A stretch of DNA of 64,000 bases, taken from the NCBI GenBank assembly GCA_051362555.1, contig CM120647.1, positions 1,240,001 through 1,304,000 of the forward strand, given 5' to 3'. Shown here one piece after another: positions 26,101 through 39,900 of this stretch. The translations under genes and the position numbers were made by a program. The stretch is from Lingula anatina. Taxonomy: Eukaryota; Animalia; Brachiopoda. Positions within the stretch are counted from its first letter, which is position 1. Each line of letters begins with the position of its first letter. The notes beneath the pieces are model-generated. The model worked only from the letters and a program-made list of their open reading frames with translations. It ran no database searches and had not been told where the DNA came from.

Positions 26101-29100
26101 CTTAAATAAATCAAATTAAATCAAATTGAATCAAATGAGATCAAATTGGATCAAATTAGATTAGATCTCATGCCGAAGCCTTCCTGCTTGGCTAAGATAT
26201 CGTGCCAGGTTACATAATACTTTCTTACTGGAAGAATTCAGCAGGAGAACCAATTTGAACACCGAGGGTCTATTACAGTAGAAAGGTTTGATGAACCTTT
26301 TTCTTAAATCTAAATATCTAGAGCAACCCAGTATAAAGTGGAATTCGTGCTCCACATCATTGCAGTAGGTACATTTTCTTTGTGTAATAGGGATTTTACT
26401 GTATCTGCCCGTTTCAATAGCAAGTTTATGGGATGATAATCTTATTTTACTAATCATTTTCTTAAACTGGAGCGGGATTGGTTTTGTAAGATAAGAATAA
26501 TCAATATTTAACAACATAAGTAAAATATGTAAATGTGAACAATTCACAAACTCTGTACAGCCATTTTTCAAAGGACTACTCTTGAAGACGTAAGCTTTGT
26601 TCGTTATTCAATCAAACACCGCTTAAGTTGTTAGTAGGCTTGTTTAAAGTGTCACGGCTGAAACAAAGCGTTCACGTCGAGGGCTTGGGCTTTAATGTGC
26701 TTTAATGTAATAAAATCGATTAAGATGCTAACGGCCGCACAAACTTTTCTAGGAAAATGCTTTAAATTATTAAAATTAAGAAAATAATGAAAAAAAGTTC
26801 CTTTTTGTTAAGATTACTAGTTTGCAAAAGAAATAAATAATAATAGGTAAAATCTAAGGGCTACTTTTCCGTAATTTGAGCCATTATTACTTCACTGCGA
26901 GCGTTCAGGATGCAGCGCCGCTTTACGTTAAACACCTCTTAAGTTAATTGTAGGTGACAATAACAATGGCTTTAAGAGGATGTCCGGAAATCAATGTCAA
27001 TAAATGGTGCAATTATGTCCTTTTCGACTTTAAATTCACCTGCAAGCGCTCAGGTAAGTGCTGAGTAAGAAGAGTGGTTTCTTGCAGAAAGGGCGGATGT
27101 TGGCGGTCTATAAAGCGTAGTGTACCTGGTTTTCCATCTTTAAGGACACAACTGTGAGGGTTAGGTAATTACTTTACCTAAAACGCAGACTTAAATGACG
27201 TATCACCGTATGCATTGATCTAAAATAATACACAAAATACTGCATGGAATGAGATTTCACACTTACGCATATGTCAGAGATTGTTAAATAGTTGTGTAGC
27301 AAAAAAGAAAGAAAAAGCAGAAAACTTGTGTCCTCAGTAAGAGAGATATTCAATTTTCAGTGTGAAAGTTACTTTCTAAACTGTCCAAATTTCAAAAAGT
27401 TATGATGAAAGTTAATGAAAAAAATGGAATTCTTTAATTCCCTCAACTCGGTCAGAATATAGGTTACGCTTAAAAAAGACTAAAATACGGAAATAACTAT
27501 GAATAAATATGAGAAAAAGGACAAACCACTACTGAGTCAATTTCAAACTTGAATTTTACCGTTATATATAAATACAGGAAGGTATACAATGTTAGTACAG
27601 ACAGACCGGCTATAGAAAGCCTGACATATCTGTAAAAATTTGAAGGCTGGATTTTCTGTTACCCGGACCCTTAGTTTCGTTACACCAGTTAAACAGAATA
27701 AAAAGAGAAATTTTATAATAACACGGGTCGTCAAATAAATGAACTGTTTCATTGGAATAAACTGTGGGAAAATTTAAGACAACTGGCAAAATTTATTGCC
27801 ACAGAAGATAAAGATAGACGACAACAATGTTTGTACATGATTTTAGAATGTTTTATAAGCCCGAAGGGCTGGGTGTTTTTCTAAGCACGAATTGTTAAAC
27901 ACATAATAAACGAATGAATGCAATATTTTGAAAATTCATTTTTCTAAAAGTGACCTTTAGGAACATGAATCCATTCCACATGAATTTTTACCTTCCTGAT
28001 GTTAATATAGTTTTTAAGCGTGATTCAAGGCTACCTTATTATACTTATTATAATTTCCGTCTCTTTTTAAACCCCCCCCCCCCCCCCTCCACAAGCACGC
28101 ATGCAGGCATATTTTGTTATGAAATGCACATTGTTACATGTTGTCCGCGGGCGACAAATTCTCGAAATTAAGGTATCTTGAAGTGGGGCGTTCCTTAATG
28201 CACCGTATTACTCACTTCCCGGCTTGACTTAAGCTCTACACTGCCAGAAGCGGTGACAATATATATATACATACAGTATACAACAATAATTGTCAAAATC
28301 GGATAAAGCTTTGAATCGCCGGTCCCTAACTTCTCCGTTTACTGTTTATAAATATCACATTTTGACACTAGACCAAACATTTATCAACTTAAAACTAAAT
28401 TTTTCTGTTAATTAAGGGCATATTGAAAACATCCATATAAACCGTATGATATATAAATCAATTCTTTACAAGTTAAAAGACTACTTCATTCAACAGGGTC
28501 ATCTTTTATCTGTTGTTATTTATTTAGTGCATTCTACGTATTATCAGTTATCTCAGTCAAATATTACGTGAAATATCTTAAGAATGACAAAGTCTTATGA
28601 GTAATTTCACACCTAGCAGACAGGTTAAATTAAGGCGACAGTGGCCAGTGTCAAGTACATTCATTGACTAGGTATCTGACCGCACTATTGTCAATACACA
28701 ATACCCCAGTTACAGACACACACTGACTAACTGATAGGGTGCTTGATATTGTAATGAATAAATGGAGTGGGTAGGTGCAGATACAGTAATAACTAGGATA
28801 GATTTCGTGGTGGGGATTTTCAAGGACTTGACAATAAGTTCATTTTTCAAAGTCTTTCCACTTCATTTTATGTTATACTGGAAAGTGGTGACAACCAGCT
28901 ACAGCTAACAATCTTTTCCCTGCTTTTTGATAATAAAAATATGAGTAAATTTACAACATAAACGACAAGAATCGTATTATAAATGTTTCCAGGCTTTAAA
29001 TATGTCTAAAGGCAACATGACTGGGAGTAGCAGAGGGCAACAAAGTACATAATACAAATATACCAGTGAATACAAAACAATGACAACAGGACGAAAAACG

Positions 29101-29562
29101 ATAGCCGTACGTGATATGGGCACATGTTATACATCACGGCAGAGATTGAGAATCATCCCTCGTCTTTTCTTCCAACTTATGGCAGATACTATAAATATAA
29201 AGACCCCCACCCCACACTCTTTTTTTCCACTTTCGCCTTTTTTTCTATCACAAAATGTCAAATGATAAAAATATGACAAAATGACATACACCGGGAGAAC
29301 TATGTCCGTAAATTACACAAGAAATATGATCTCAACAGCTGAAGAGAGAAAGAGTTCGCTTTAACCAAACTACCCAGTAGTACACCGTGAGTATACCAAA
29401 ACTTAACACCAAGTGCCGCCTCGATGTATTGCAACACTCATACAACGGCCGGCACAGTAAAATATTCGATGACACGGTCAAGTTCGTATACAACATTCTT
29501 TGACAACTCACCTCTTTTTTCTCAGCTCCATTTGGCTTGCTATTTCTGTGTCGGGTCTCCAT
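8547..29562 (-). CDS. Type II membrane protein: cytoplasmic tail-TM-SEA-S/T/P linker-Fz-(LDLa)4-Fz-Fz-(LDLa)4-Fz-Fz-(LDLa)3; corin-like stem without a serine protease domain
   Basis: About 26 GT-AG exons. Probable exon 1 at 29562-29512 (METRH..EKKE|GTGAGT; less certain). TM exon 25195-24937. SEA exons 24665-24490, 24119-24052, 23423-23230. Fz-CRD exon groups at ~22.7-21.0k, 18.4-17.8k, 17.3-15.8k, 13.2-12.4k and 11.7-10.8k (C..FPN..G, PPCRxLCE). LDLa exons (DCxDxSDE) at ~20.6k, 19.9k (x2), 19.2k, 15.3k, 14.7k (x2), 13.8k, 10.4k, 9.6k and 8.8k. Last exon 8638-8547. Confidence 0.88.
8957..9123. mobile_element. Short MITE, CAGGGGCGGAT termini, 5-bp TSD
   Basis: CAGGGGCGGAT / ATCCGCCCCTG inverted ends, with TAGTT duplicated on both flanks. 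Confidence 0.75.
9745..9977. mobile_element. Harbinger-like MITE (copy 2)
   Basis: Reverse-orientation homolog of 2134-2348, with TAA on both flanks (3-bp TWA TSD). Confidence 0.8.
13355..13509. mobile_element. Harbinger-like MITE (copy 3, truncated)
   Basis: Matches the right ~155 bp of 2134-2348, ending CTCTGGGAATACACCC. Confidence 0.75.
17028..17207. repeat. Three-copy 64-73-bp tandem repeat that includes an exon end and splice donor
   Basis: ACAAACATTA..CCCGCCTCACCTGGCTCCAGTGTCCCA occurs three times. The copy at ~17167-17207 is the real exon/intron junction of the Fz/LDLa gene. Confidence 0.85.
25900..26530 (-). mobile_element. 3' fragment of a non-LTR retrotransposon (LINE ORF2 C-terminus plus probable 3' UTR)
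   Basis: Translation [40 protein letters not shown] is the Cys/His C-terminal motif typical of CR1/L2/RTEX-type ORF2. It is followed by short ATTTG-type repeats and AATAAA near 25910. No RT domain is present. Confidence 0.8.
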
Positions 29563-29871
29563 GTTTAGACCAGTAGATCTTCCTTCCTTGTTTTATCAGT
29601 TAACAAAGAGCGTATCCCCGTCTTGATGAGACGTTTTACAGTCCCCTCTGTATCTGGCTACCGGGACAGGTTCGGACCCTATATTACAAAAAAGAAAAAA
29701 AAGTCACGACATACGGTGGTCAGCGGTGACATTATACTGTCATAACGGCTTTGTGCCCACACCTCCTTTGTGGATAGAATTACTTTGTTGAATGTGTTCA
29801 ATGGATTTTGAGGTGTCGGACAATCATTGCAATACTGACTAAATAATATGATTCACAGGTAAAATGTAACA

Positions 29872-30045
29872 CACTGCCCGTAGCCAGCAAATTCAAAAGG
29901 TGGGTAATCTTTCTGAAAAGTGGACCTTTTACAATGAAACTTATGTGTACCTAGATCAAATTTTCCCCAAAATGGACCTTTCCCGAAAAAAGGAGCGGTT
30001 TTTTTCGAACCCCCCGAACCCCCCCTCTCCCTGGCTACGGGCCTG
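29872..30045. mobile_element. Degenerate MITE of the CAG..CTG family
   Basis: GCCCGTAGCCAG / CTGGCTACGGGCCTG inverted ends; TSD not recognisable. Confidence 0.6.
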
Positions 30046-30870
30046 GGGAGCATTTTATTTACATACACACACACATGTAGATATGCTCTTCCTATTTCAC
30101 TCTTAATTTTAGGCCTAATTATGCAAATGAAAGAAAACTTTTAATATAAAAAAAGTTAATGAAAATAAATACGGAAACTGCAAGGGATGTTTTCTATCGC
30201 GTATTACCCTCTTCCTCCGCATGCCCCCCCCTCACCCCCCCCCCCCCCCCCCCCCCGCGGACTACATTTCCTTGTGTCAACCTAAGATACCGTTTATTAG
30301 ATCTAAGTGTCAACCTCACATTTTCCTATTCCTTGTTCCTCTTTCAAACATCGAGAGTTCTCACAAAAGATGAAAATAAAATGTGATCTTTTTCAACATT
30401 TGTATTTATCATACCTGCAGTTGCTTTCCAGCTTATTTTTCTCTCACAATTTCCACTAGCAGTACACCATGCTAACTGATCAACTATTCCACAGCGAAAT
30501 CCACCCGACGTGCAACCTCTGAGCCACACAAATGATACAAGGCTGACAAAAGGCAAGAATGACGCTTTGTTACGTACAGATTACTAACTTAACGCAGCAC
30601 GTGTAGCTGTGAAGGTGTGAAGGTATTTTAATTGCAGGTGGCTTGCACATAATAAAAGATTTCCCTACGGGTCTATTAACGGACAAAATCCATTCATATC
30701 AGCTTAGAATACCGAGGTGATTAACTGCTGCTCTTCGGGACGATTACTATTACACGAATCAACGAAATCAAGAAGAAAAAAGTATAAGCAACCAAAAGCA
30801 AAGTGAACAAAATATCTGTGATAACGGGACAAACGATTATCTCGTAAAGCTTATACAATAAACAAATATG

Positions 30871-30922
<52 letters not shown>

Positions 30923-32604
30923 TCACCATGACCAGCGGTTACAATCCTTGCTCTTTCTTTCACAACTCCGTATTTCATGGTTATTTCAGGTAATTAGAAC
31001 TTTACCAACGGGCGGCTGGATGATCTCAGATTAGCCAAATAAAAGTTACTTGGGATTAACGGGTTCTCAGGTAATTAAAGAGATTATGTATACAGAGGTT
31101 TATTGGGTCAGTTTTACGATTTATGCGGCATGAACCGTGACTTGTATTGGAGGTTAGGCAAATGTTTTTTTTCACTGGCTTCCCCTGATAAGAGACCGTC
31201 TGCTAAGTACAGTTGTATGAAACCGTCTCAGGCTGTTTAAAAATACAACTCCAAAGAATCTGCTAAGTATGAGACCGTCTTAGCCTGGGAATGTACCTCC
31301 ACAGAGCCTGCTAAGTTTTAAGGATATTTTATTGCTCATAGTATGTAACTGTTGTACTTAGTTATTTTATCAAAATTATTAAACAAGCAATGCCGAGTTC
31401 ACTATTTTGTTTTTCGTTGACCATCAGATTCGTCTTCCTCTAAGCAAGGGTGAGACACTGCTGTAAATAGCCTCTTTACTTTAAAGTAAATATTTGCATA
31501 TTAATATTGGTATTGGGTATGTACGAGTAAAAACTGTGTCGTAATGCCCGATGCCAATGTGTGATTTTTTTTCTAGAAAGATTTTACAGAAGAAACTTAT
31601 TTTTCAAACATTTAGTTGAACTTTTAGATTTATTTGTTATATTCCATTGTGGTCAGAAATAAGTACGTCGTAGTCCATCATAAAGAAAGATATTACTACT
31701 GATTTACAGTGTTGTATCAGAGGATCATTAGACTTCAACATCGTGATGGAAGTTGGCCAAATTTCTCCATCTTGTATTCTCTGGTGAAACTGAGAAATGT
31801 CCCTACATTTGGTCTTAGGTTGAATGTAACCCCCGCCTGTTCTACTTCCCGAGCCTGGGCCTAAATTATCGAGGCTTCAGTTCCACTCTAGTACTAGTAC
31901 GAATTTTACCGGACCCTAAACATATCGTTTGATTTTTATATAAGTTATTAAGTTATTACCAGCCAAGAAGGAAAACGTCAGTGAGCTTATGATTTCACCC
32001 TTTTGAGGGAGTTGAATGAACACAAACAAGGACAGATTACAAACGAGAAGCAAAGGTTTCTGAATATAACTCACCTTTGTTGCTTACAAAGAATCAAGCG
32101 AAATAATCTCCCAGTTTTCTTTATCCTGATTAGTACAGCAAGATTAAAAAAATCACAAAACCCGTTCAAGCGGCGTCTGCCTTCTCCGCGATGGTGAAAT
32201 TTCAGTCACAAATCTTTTCTTACATTTCGCCAAGTAAAATGTTATCAGCGTGAAGCCGCCTTCTCGCCTCGGGGTGGTATGTCCAAGGCGTTGGTGAGAC
32301 GCAGTAAATCTCCCCTCTCATCAACAAAGAGTTTTTCCCGAAAATCATGTGATCACCTCTGGTGTTGGGATGACTGGTCCCGTTCCGCTTTGCTGGTTTC
32401 CATTCATTGTTTTAGCTTCGTGGTGGTGACGGGAGGCTATGTGATAGGTTTAGTGTGGTTTTCTCTGATGGTTTATCGCGTTTTATTCTTTTAAAATTAC
32501 AGATGAAAAATATTCGCTTCTGTTGCTGTCACATCATATTCATGTCCACATCTTCAGGCCCCTCTTTGTTCAGACATGCTGGCTGTCTCTATAATAATAC
32601 ACTG

Positions 32605-32879
32605 CAGGGGCGGATCCAGGATTATTCGAAGGGGGGGGGGGCGGTGAAGCAAAGCCGACCCCCCCCCCCCCTAGCGTGGGGTTCGGGGCCCGCTGGAGGA
32701 CACCGAAAATTTTTGGTATTTTAGAGAAAGAACGGTGCCATTTGTTCCGGTTAAGAACTATGATTCAGCTAGCCAAATTCTTATTTCAAGAGAGGAATTT
32801 TAGTGTGATTTTTTCTCAGAAATCGAATGAGGGGTCCGGACCCCCCTGACACCCGCCCCCCCCCTTAAATCCGACCCCG
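32605..32879. mobile_element. MITE of the CAGGGGCGGAT family, imperfect 5-bp TSD
   Basis: CAGGGGCGGATCC ... ATCCGACCCCG, with flanks CACTG / CATTG. Confidence 0.65.
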
Positions 32880-33665
32880 CATTGTATTCTATTCCTGGAT
32901 CAGAACACTACCCCCACTATTCTTTTTAGAATACTTTTCTTTAAAAAGGAGAAAACAGACTCATTGGATTTGTAAATAGTTAAACTGAAATATAATCATT
33001 GTTTAAATCCTTACTTTTGTGTAAACTATATGGTCAGCAGGATTAGTAAATAAGGATCTCAGCAATTAATATCTATTTTACAATAACTATCCTAATACAA
33101 GTTTCTGTATAATTGAGTTCTCAATAAACATGCATTCTCAATAAACATGAGTTTTAACCCCCCCCCCCTACGTTCACCCCCTTGCTTCACTCAATCTTAA
33201 GTGATTCGACCAAATGCTCGGCTGTTTTTAGAAAAAAAATCAATCTAAATACGTTTTGAAGTATAGTCCTTGTTATAGGCGTATACACTGTGCTTGAATG
33301 TTGAATGTAATTTCTTTGCCTTCTTTTTCCCTAAAAAGCGTTCTGTATTTTGAAGAAATTAAGTGGTGAAATGTACAGCGTCTCTTCAAAGAAACTAAAC
33401 GTGTCTTCTTCTATTGGGGTATGACGTTTTGACCTTTCATGCCGATGTCTTTATCACAAAGCTTGATCACGTGGCTTGCTTTGTTTGCTTTATTCTCTAC
33501 ATTCTACCACATTTTCCCACAATATGTGTAGCCATTTGCTCTCAAAATTTAAGGGCGGTGACGATAGCTAGTAAAATGAATAGATATCCCGTGGGGGAGT
33601 GTTCACGTGGGTCGGTCATATTTGAACCTCGAACTAGTTAGTCCACTATTCTGAATGGAGCCTTA

Positions 33666-33879
33666 GACCCCATTCCCAGAGTTAGATCGATCCAAACTAG
33701 ATCGATCCAACTCCCTGGGGGTTCACGCTAAATAGCTGTCAGCCGAGCAGGCACGAAAGTTAATTACCCCATAACAGCTTGTAGTAGGCGGGACGGACAT
33801 TTAAGCCGGATTATCTGACAGTGATCGAGTGAGACTCCCCGCGGGGATAGATCGATCTAAAATCTCTGGGAATACAGCC
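33666..33879. mobile_element. Harbinger-like MITE (copy 4)
   Basis: GACCCCATTCCCAGAG / CTCTGGGAATACAGCC, with TTA on both flanks. Confidence 0.8.
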
Positions 33880-36190
33880 TTAGTGTTATATTGCGACTGT
33901 TGAGACGCTTGGTCTAGTGTCAGATGGTTGCGCACTAAGGCCTAACAGTCCCAAGAGACTCTGACCTGATTCGAAATTTGAACACCACTGTGTAAAATTG
34001 CTATGTGAGACTTTGCCCTTAAACAGGAGACGAATGATAAAATAGATGATAATAGATATCACAGCCTCGGCCAAGCAACAACAAGACCAAAAGATGCCAC
34101 AAAACTCCCAAGACGTCAAGCGAACACTCGACATCTAGTTAGTGACCTCTATTGGTGAACGAACTTTGTCATAATAAGAATGTTCCAACCACATTCAAGT
34201 GGGATCGTAAAATAGAGAAATAAAGTTATTAATCGTATTTATGCATTACATCGGCAATTTCGAGTAATGGTCGAGCTCGGGAAAAAGCCATTCATTTGTT
34301 ATCATCATTTTCACAAGTCTACAAACCGTAAGCTGGGGAGGGGGTATTTTCCTTAGTAAATTTTTAAAAATGACGAAAAAAAAGGTCATGATTTTCAGCT
34401 TTCACTATATGCGGGAAAAGGGGGGGGTTTAGAACAAGTATACTATCTGTAGACTCGTGAAAATGATGTTAAAATTGAGGACCCTTACACAGAAAGCGAC
34501 TAAATCAGCCGTCTCTTCCGGAGGACACTTACTCTTTGTTTGATAGGGCACGTTGTATTTTCTTAGGGGTTCATAAAATTTACTTATTTGTTTATTTATT
34601 TATTTTTGGAATATCCTAGGATATTTAGGATATTTTATTTTTTAACTTATATAAAGAAGACAATGAGGAGTTGCCCCCTCATCAGGTACATGCTCTGCTT
34701 TGATTGAAACAGCGTCTCCCGGAAGACGGTCAGATTTTCAAGTTTCCATTGACGGGTAGCTATTTTTTCTGCAAGTAGACGGCCAAAAACGGAGGATGGA
34801 TCAACACAGATAATTTGGAAGGCTGTTGGAAAATATCTCCGGATCCGCCACTGTAAAACTAGCATTATCATGGTAAGGGAGTTAAAACAATTAAGATGTT
34901 TTCTATCCATGTTCATAATTTTCTATAATGAATTTCAATGCGACATTTGCCATGTTCGAGATAAACGGCTGTAGAGGAGCCCTCCATGTTGCAGTTAGCA
35001 TATATCGAAAACACGGCCCAGCTATAATAGCCTGTACCTTCAATGATATAGGAAACTCTGAACCAGGTTGCTATCATCTGTCTGCACATAAATGTATCTC
35101 TGAAATGTTAGGACATGTACGATGTTAACAAAACTTTAGAAAACACTTCCCTAAGAGCAGCAGCTAATGTTCTCCGATGAAGAGAGAAAATTTCGTGGGC
35201 CTTCTCCGCCTCACTGTGGACGGAAATCAAAATTCCGCTGCAAACAAGCGAAAAACCTGCGGCAAATTTGCCGCAAACTAAATAATTTGTAAGCAACTGA
35301 TTGAAGGTATTTGTTAAGAAAAATTTCAGCTGCCGCATATTTGTTGCACATTCAAATAAAAATTAAAAGTTTGTGGGTAGTTTGCAAGAAAATTTTCATT
35401 TTCAGCGAGTTTGCTAGAAGTTTGCTAGAATTTACATAAAAAGTAACCTGGAAGTCTGTAAGAAGCCTCTATATTTTTTATTGCAAATTGTGGCAAGTTT
35501 GCAAGAAACTCTACATCAAAATAAACGTTTGGGAGGAAAGCCCATTATTTTCTTTTAGTTTGCAACAAGTTTGTAAGAAATCATATGAAAAGCTCTAAAT
35601 TATCTAAACACATAAATTGTGTCTTATAAAGTTTCGTTTTTAAACAAGAAATGCAGAATTAACACTTATTAACCTTCAGCTTTAAGAAAATCCAAAGTTT
35701 TATTGACTTATTTTTATGATTCATAAGTTTTTAATATATGTCTATTGTATGTTAATATGTTTACTCTAATTTTTTTCATGTTGTCTAAATTGAACTATGT
35801 TGTTCTTGTTCTTGTTGAATCCGCCTGAATTCTACGTTTGTGCAGGTGAAGAACAAACCAAAGGAGAATTCAACTGCAACATTTTATTCATAATTTCTTT
35901 ATTTATCATAAACCACATTTAAAATAATGTTATTACAGTATTCCAACGATACGGATGTGTCATACATGATTTCTAATCTTTAGAGAAAATCTTTGTTTTT
36001 TTTTTTTTTTTAATTCCCCAGTGGACCATGGTAGAATTTCTTCCTTATTTTGCGAAGAAAAAGTCAAATAAAAATGTAATTAAAAAAGAAAGATTCACGA
36101 AATATTCTACCGAGATAAATTTATTCTTTACTAATTGAGAAATCTGTTGGTTGATATTAGATCTGGTACATCAGTACATAATTTCCAGAC

Positions 36191-36915
36191 TTAGCTGAAA
36201 ACCTCCAGGCAAGGGGTATATAAAACCAAATGGTCGTCCTTGACATTGGAAAGTTTACCACATTTTGCCTGTTCTTTAATGTATATCTCCGCGTAGTTGA
36301 TTACCTCAGCGGAGGGGGTGGAGATTTTCCCGTTATCCCTGAGGACCTGCAGCAAGGCCGCCACAGCGCCAGTCACAAACGGAGCCGCCATGGAGGTCCC
36401 GCTCATGGTAGTGCTTCCATATTTGTTCCAATGGGATGCGGCTGTGATAGATTCACCCGGGGCGTATAAGTCTACACAAGGGCCTAGATTACTAAATCCC
36501 GCCCTTTCGTAATTGGCGTTAAACGCCCCGACAGTGAGGGAAGCCGCGCTGCTAGCTGGAGAGAAATCACAAGCGTCGCTAGCATAGTCATTTCCGGCTG
36601 CGACAACCACGGGGATTCCTGCTTCAATGACGTCATCGACTGCGTCGTTCAAAACCCGGTTATACGGCCCGCCAATACTGAGGTTAACGACAGAGAGGCG
36701 TCCACTCTTTTTCACTCTTTGCTCTATCCACAGAAGACTTTGTAATATGCCGGATGTAGGGCACGAGTAGTCGCAAATCTTTAGAGAAATGATGTTGGCC
36801 TGCTTTGCCACCCCATATTTCTCTCCCCCGATGATACTTGCCACGTGGGTACCATGGCCGTTGCTGTCCACACTTGTCGATGTCGGCCAGCCTGGAGACA
36901 CAGAAAACATTGGTA

Positions 36916-36946
<31 letters not shown>

Positions 36947-39900
36947 TTTTATTAAGATTGCAACCAAATGAACGAGGGGGCGTGTCATTCATTAAAGCTG
37001 TTTGCTCATAGCGAGAGTCAACGATTTACATAGGATTTTTCCTGTGAAACCATGGTATGGAGACAATTCCAACTCACCAATGGTTACTCTCCCTGTAAAA
37101 TCGCGGTGGTCTGGGTTGACGCCAGTATCTCCCACATATACATCTATACCAGCCCCATCGCCCCAGCTTCGGAACTTAGAATCCCCTGGAACACCGTCAA
37201 GAGTGTCCAAGCCCTGCAAGGAAAGGAAATCAAAATACGAAATCTGATTTGAGATATTGTAAGAGCTAAAAATAACATATTCCAAGTCCACTCTGTGATG
37301 GTACAGTGAAATCAGTATTAACATACCCATAGTCCACTCTGTTATGATACAGTGAAATCAGTATTAACATACCCATAGTCCACTCTGTAATGATACAGCG
37401 AAATCAGTATTAACATACCCATAGTCCACTCTGTAATGATACAGCGAAATCAGTATTAACATACCCATAGTCCACTCTGTGATGGAACAGTGAAATCAGT
37501 ATTAACATACCCATAGCCCACTCCGTGATGATACAGTGTACTCTTCGCTGCAGTATTCTGTGTTCAGTTTTGCTTTCACATCTTGCTCGATCTCCTCAAT
37601 AACATTGGTCAGTCGCCTCAACTTCAGGAGGTCGCTTAAAACGATTTAAATAGATTCATTAATACCATCGTTAATGTCGTTATAATTATAATTAACAAAC
37701 ATGATTAACCATTGGTCATAATGCATATTTTAATTGATTCCTCTTTTGAAACTTTTTTAAGGTTTCATTTCAAACTGTTTGATTGGTGGGTACATGATAG
37801 TTATCAAACCGTAATCTGTTTGGTGAGTGGTAATTAATATATACGTATTATTTATAAGAATGCTATAAGAATAACTAAGACAAGTTTTACAAATATGTAA
37901 GAAGGGATGAAAAACAAATTGTTACGAATCTGTTGTGTCAAACCTGGCACTTATGTTTCGCAGAATGACAAAATCCTTGTCTTTACTAAACTTGACTTCT
38001 TGACTGTTCTCAGCTCCTTTGATGATCCTAGTGACTAGAAATTGGAAAAGATAAAGTTTCTGGTTAATATAGTTTAACGATGTTCATTTGTCCATATCTA
38101 AGTCCTAAGTCCATATCTTATAAAATAAACGCAAGGTGTGAGCTGAAAACACACTCCTGCTAAGATGGCCAATAAAAGCGTTCTACAACCGCTCGATGCC
38201 ACGTCATCGTGAAGACTCCAAAAATCACAGGTCAGTATTCTGCGGGCAAATATCTGGGGGTCCATCACATGACCAAAACTTTTGTTTAATTAATCATTCT
38301 TTGAAGATGTCCAAAAACCTTGTACTTAATCCAACCAAGAAGTTATAATGAGAAGGAGTAGAAACGGGACATCAATTATCTCTCTCGTCCAATCAGATCG
38401 CAGCATTCTTTTCAAAGCGGCGTCCTTTGAAATTCGATCCTCGTAACTGGTCTAATCCTCCGCTCGCCTCCGCGTGACTCAAGACGGAGAAGCTGAACCA
38501 GTGCGTATACGTCTTGATTTATTCATGTTTAATGCGAATATTTGGAAGTTATACTTAGAAAAACGCCAAGTCGAGCGATATAAAGGTGAGTGAGAGTTGA
38601 TAATCTGCTTTGAGCATTGTTTTATGTTCATACAGTGGCTGTCAGTCAAATTTGTCAGTGCAGAAAGCAGCGTTAGTTCGAAGATCTGAGGCCGATTCAG
38701 CGGGACCTCCATGTTTAGGACTTTTTTCTTCTTAAGTGCGTGATGTATGCACATAATTTATGTTTTTCTGGTTAGTTAAGCACGTGCATCATTACAATAC
38801 ATCCCTTTAGTATTAAATGAGTCAATCCTTTAGATGAAAAACATCGTTTCAAATAGACAACTTTTCATCCTATTTTTTCAAAATGGCGGGTCCCTAAATT
38901 GGTTAGAGACAGTTGGGTGACAGTTTGGGACAATTTTTGGTAATTTAAACGTGGTGTATGCAGATAATTTATGTTTTTCTGGTTAGTTAAGCACGTGCAC
39001 CATTACAATACATCATAGTGATATAAAATGAGTCAATCCTTTAGATGAAAAACATCGTTTCTAATAGACAACTTTTCATCCGACTTTTTCAAAATGGCGG
39101 GTCCCTAAATTGGTTAGAGACAGTGGGGTGACAGTTTGGGACAATTTTTGCTAATTTTAACGTGGTGTAAGCACATAATTTATGTTTTTCTGGTTAGTTA
39201 AGCACGTGCACCATTACAATATAACATTGTGATATTAAATGAATCAATCCTTTAGATGAAAAACATCATTTCAAATAAACAACTTTTCATGGGACTTTTT
39301 CAAAATGGTGGGTCCAAAATTTGATGACAGGGAACTCTCGGAATTTTTTTCAATTTTTCATTGCAATATGATGTTTGCAGAGTTTCGTTTAGGATATAGA
39401 AGTATATTTTGTAATGAATTCCGCACTTACTCATTTCAGGTTGAAGAGAATGCAGGTGAAAGATCTTTAGTTTTGCTGGCAGATGTACATGTAGCCATAA
39501 TTGAACAGTCAAAATGATTGTTTCCAGCAGCAACTTGATGAGGCACAAGGCTCTGTTTTCTTACCACCACTAATATTAAACTATAGTGCACAAGAGGTGC
39601 AAGTTTTAAAAGGGAATTTAGTGGTCCAAGTTTTAAAAGGGAATTTAGTGGTCCAAGTTTTAAAAGGGAATTTAGTGTTCACTGGCTAATTGTCTAAAGT
39701 ATAAAATAAAATAATCACCACATCAAAATAAAAACTAACCATTTTTGTATTGCTTTAATCACTGTTGGGTGTAACAATATTGATATATTTTCATTGCTGG
39801 TACTTTGTTTTAGATAATATACAAGTTGCTCGAATGTTGAAATAAAGCAATATCAATCAATAAAAATATTTCTTTGTTTTTTTTTCTTCTAATGAATTTA

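Noticed and set aside
33900-34140. Possible tRNA-derived SINE head (GGTTGCGCAC..GATTCGAAA)
   Set aside because: Boxes are too degenerate and there is no second copy in the window.
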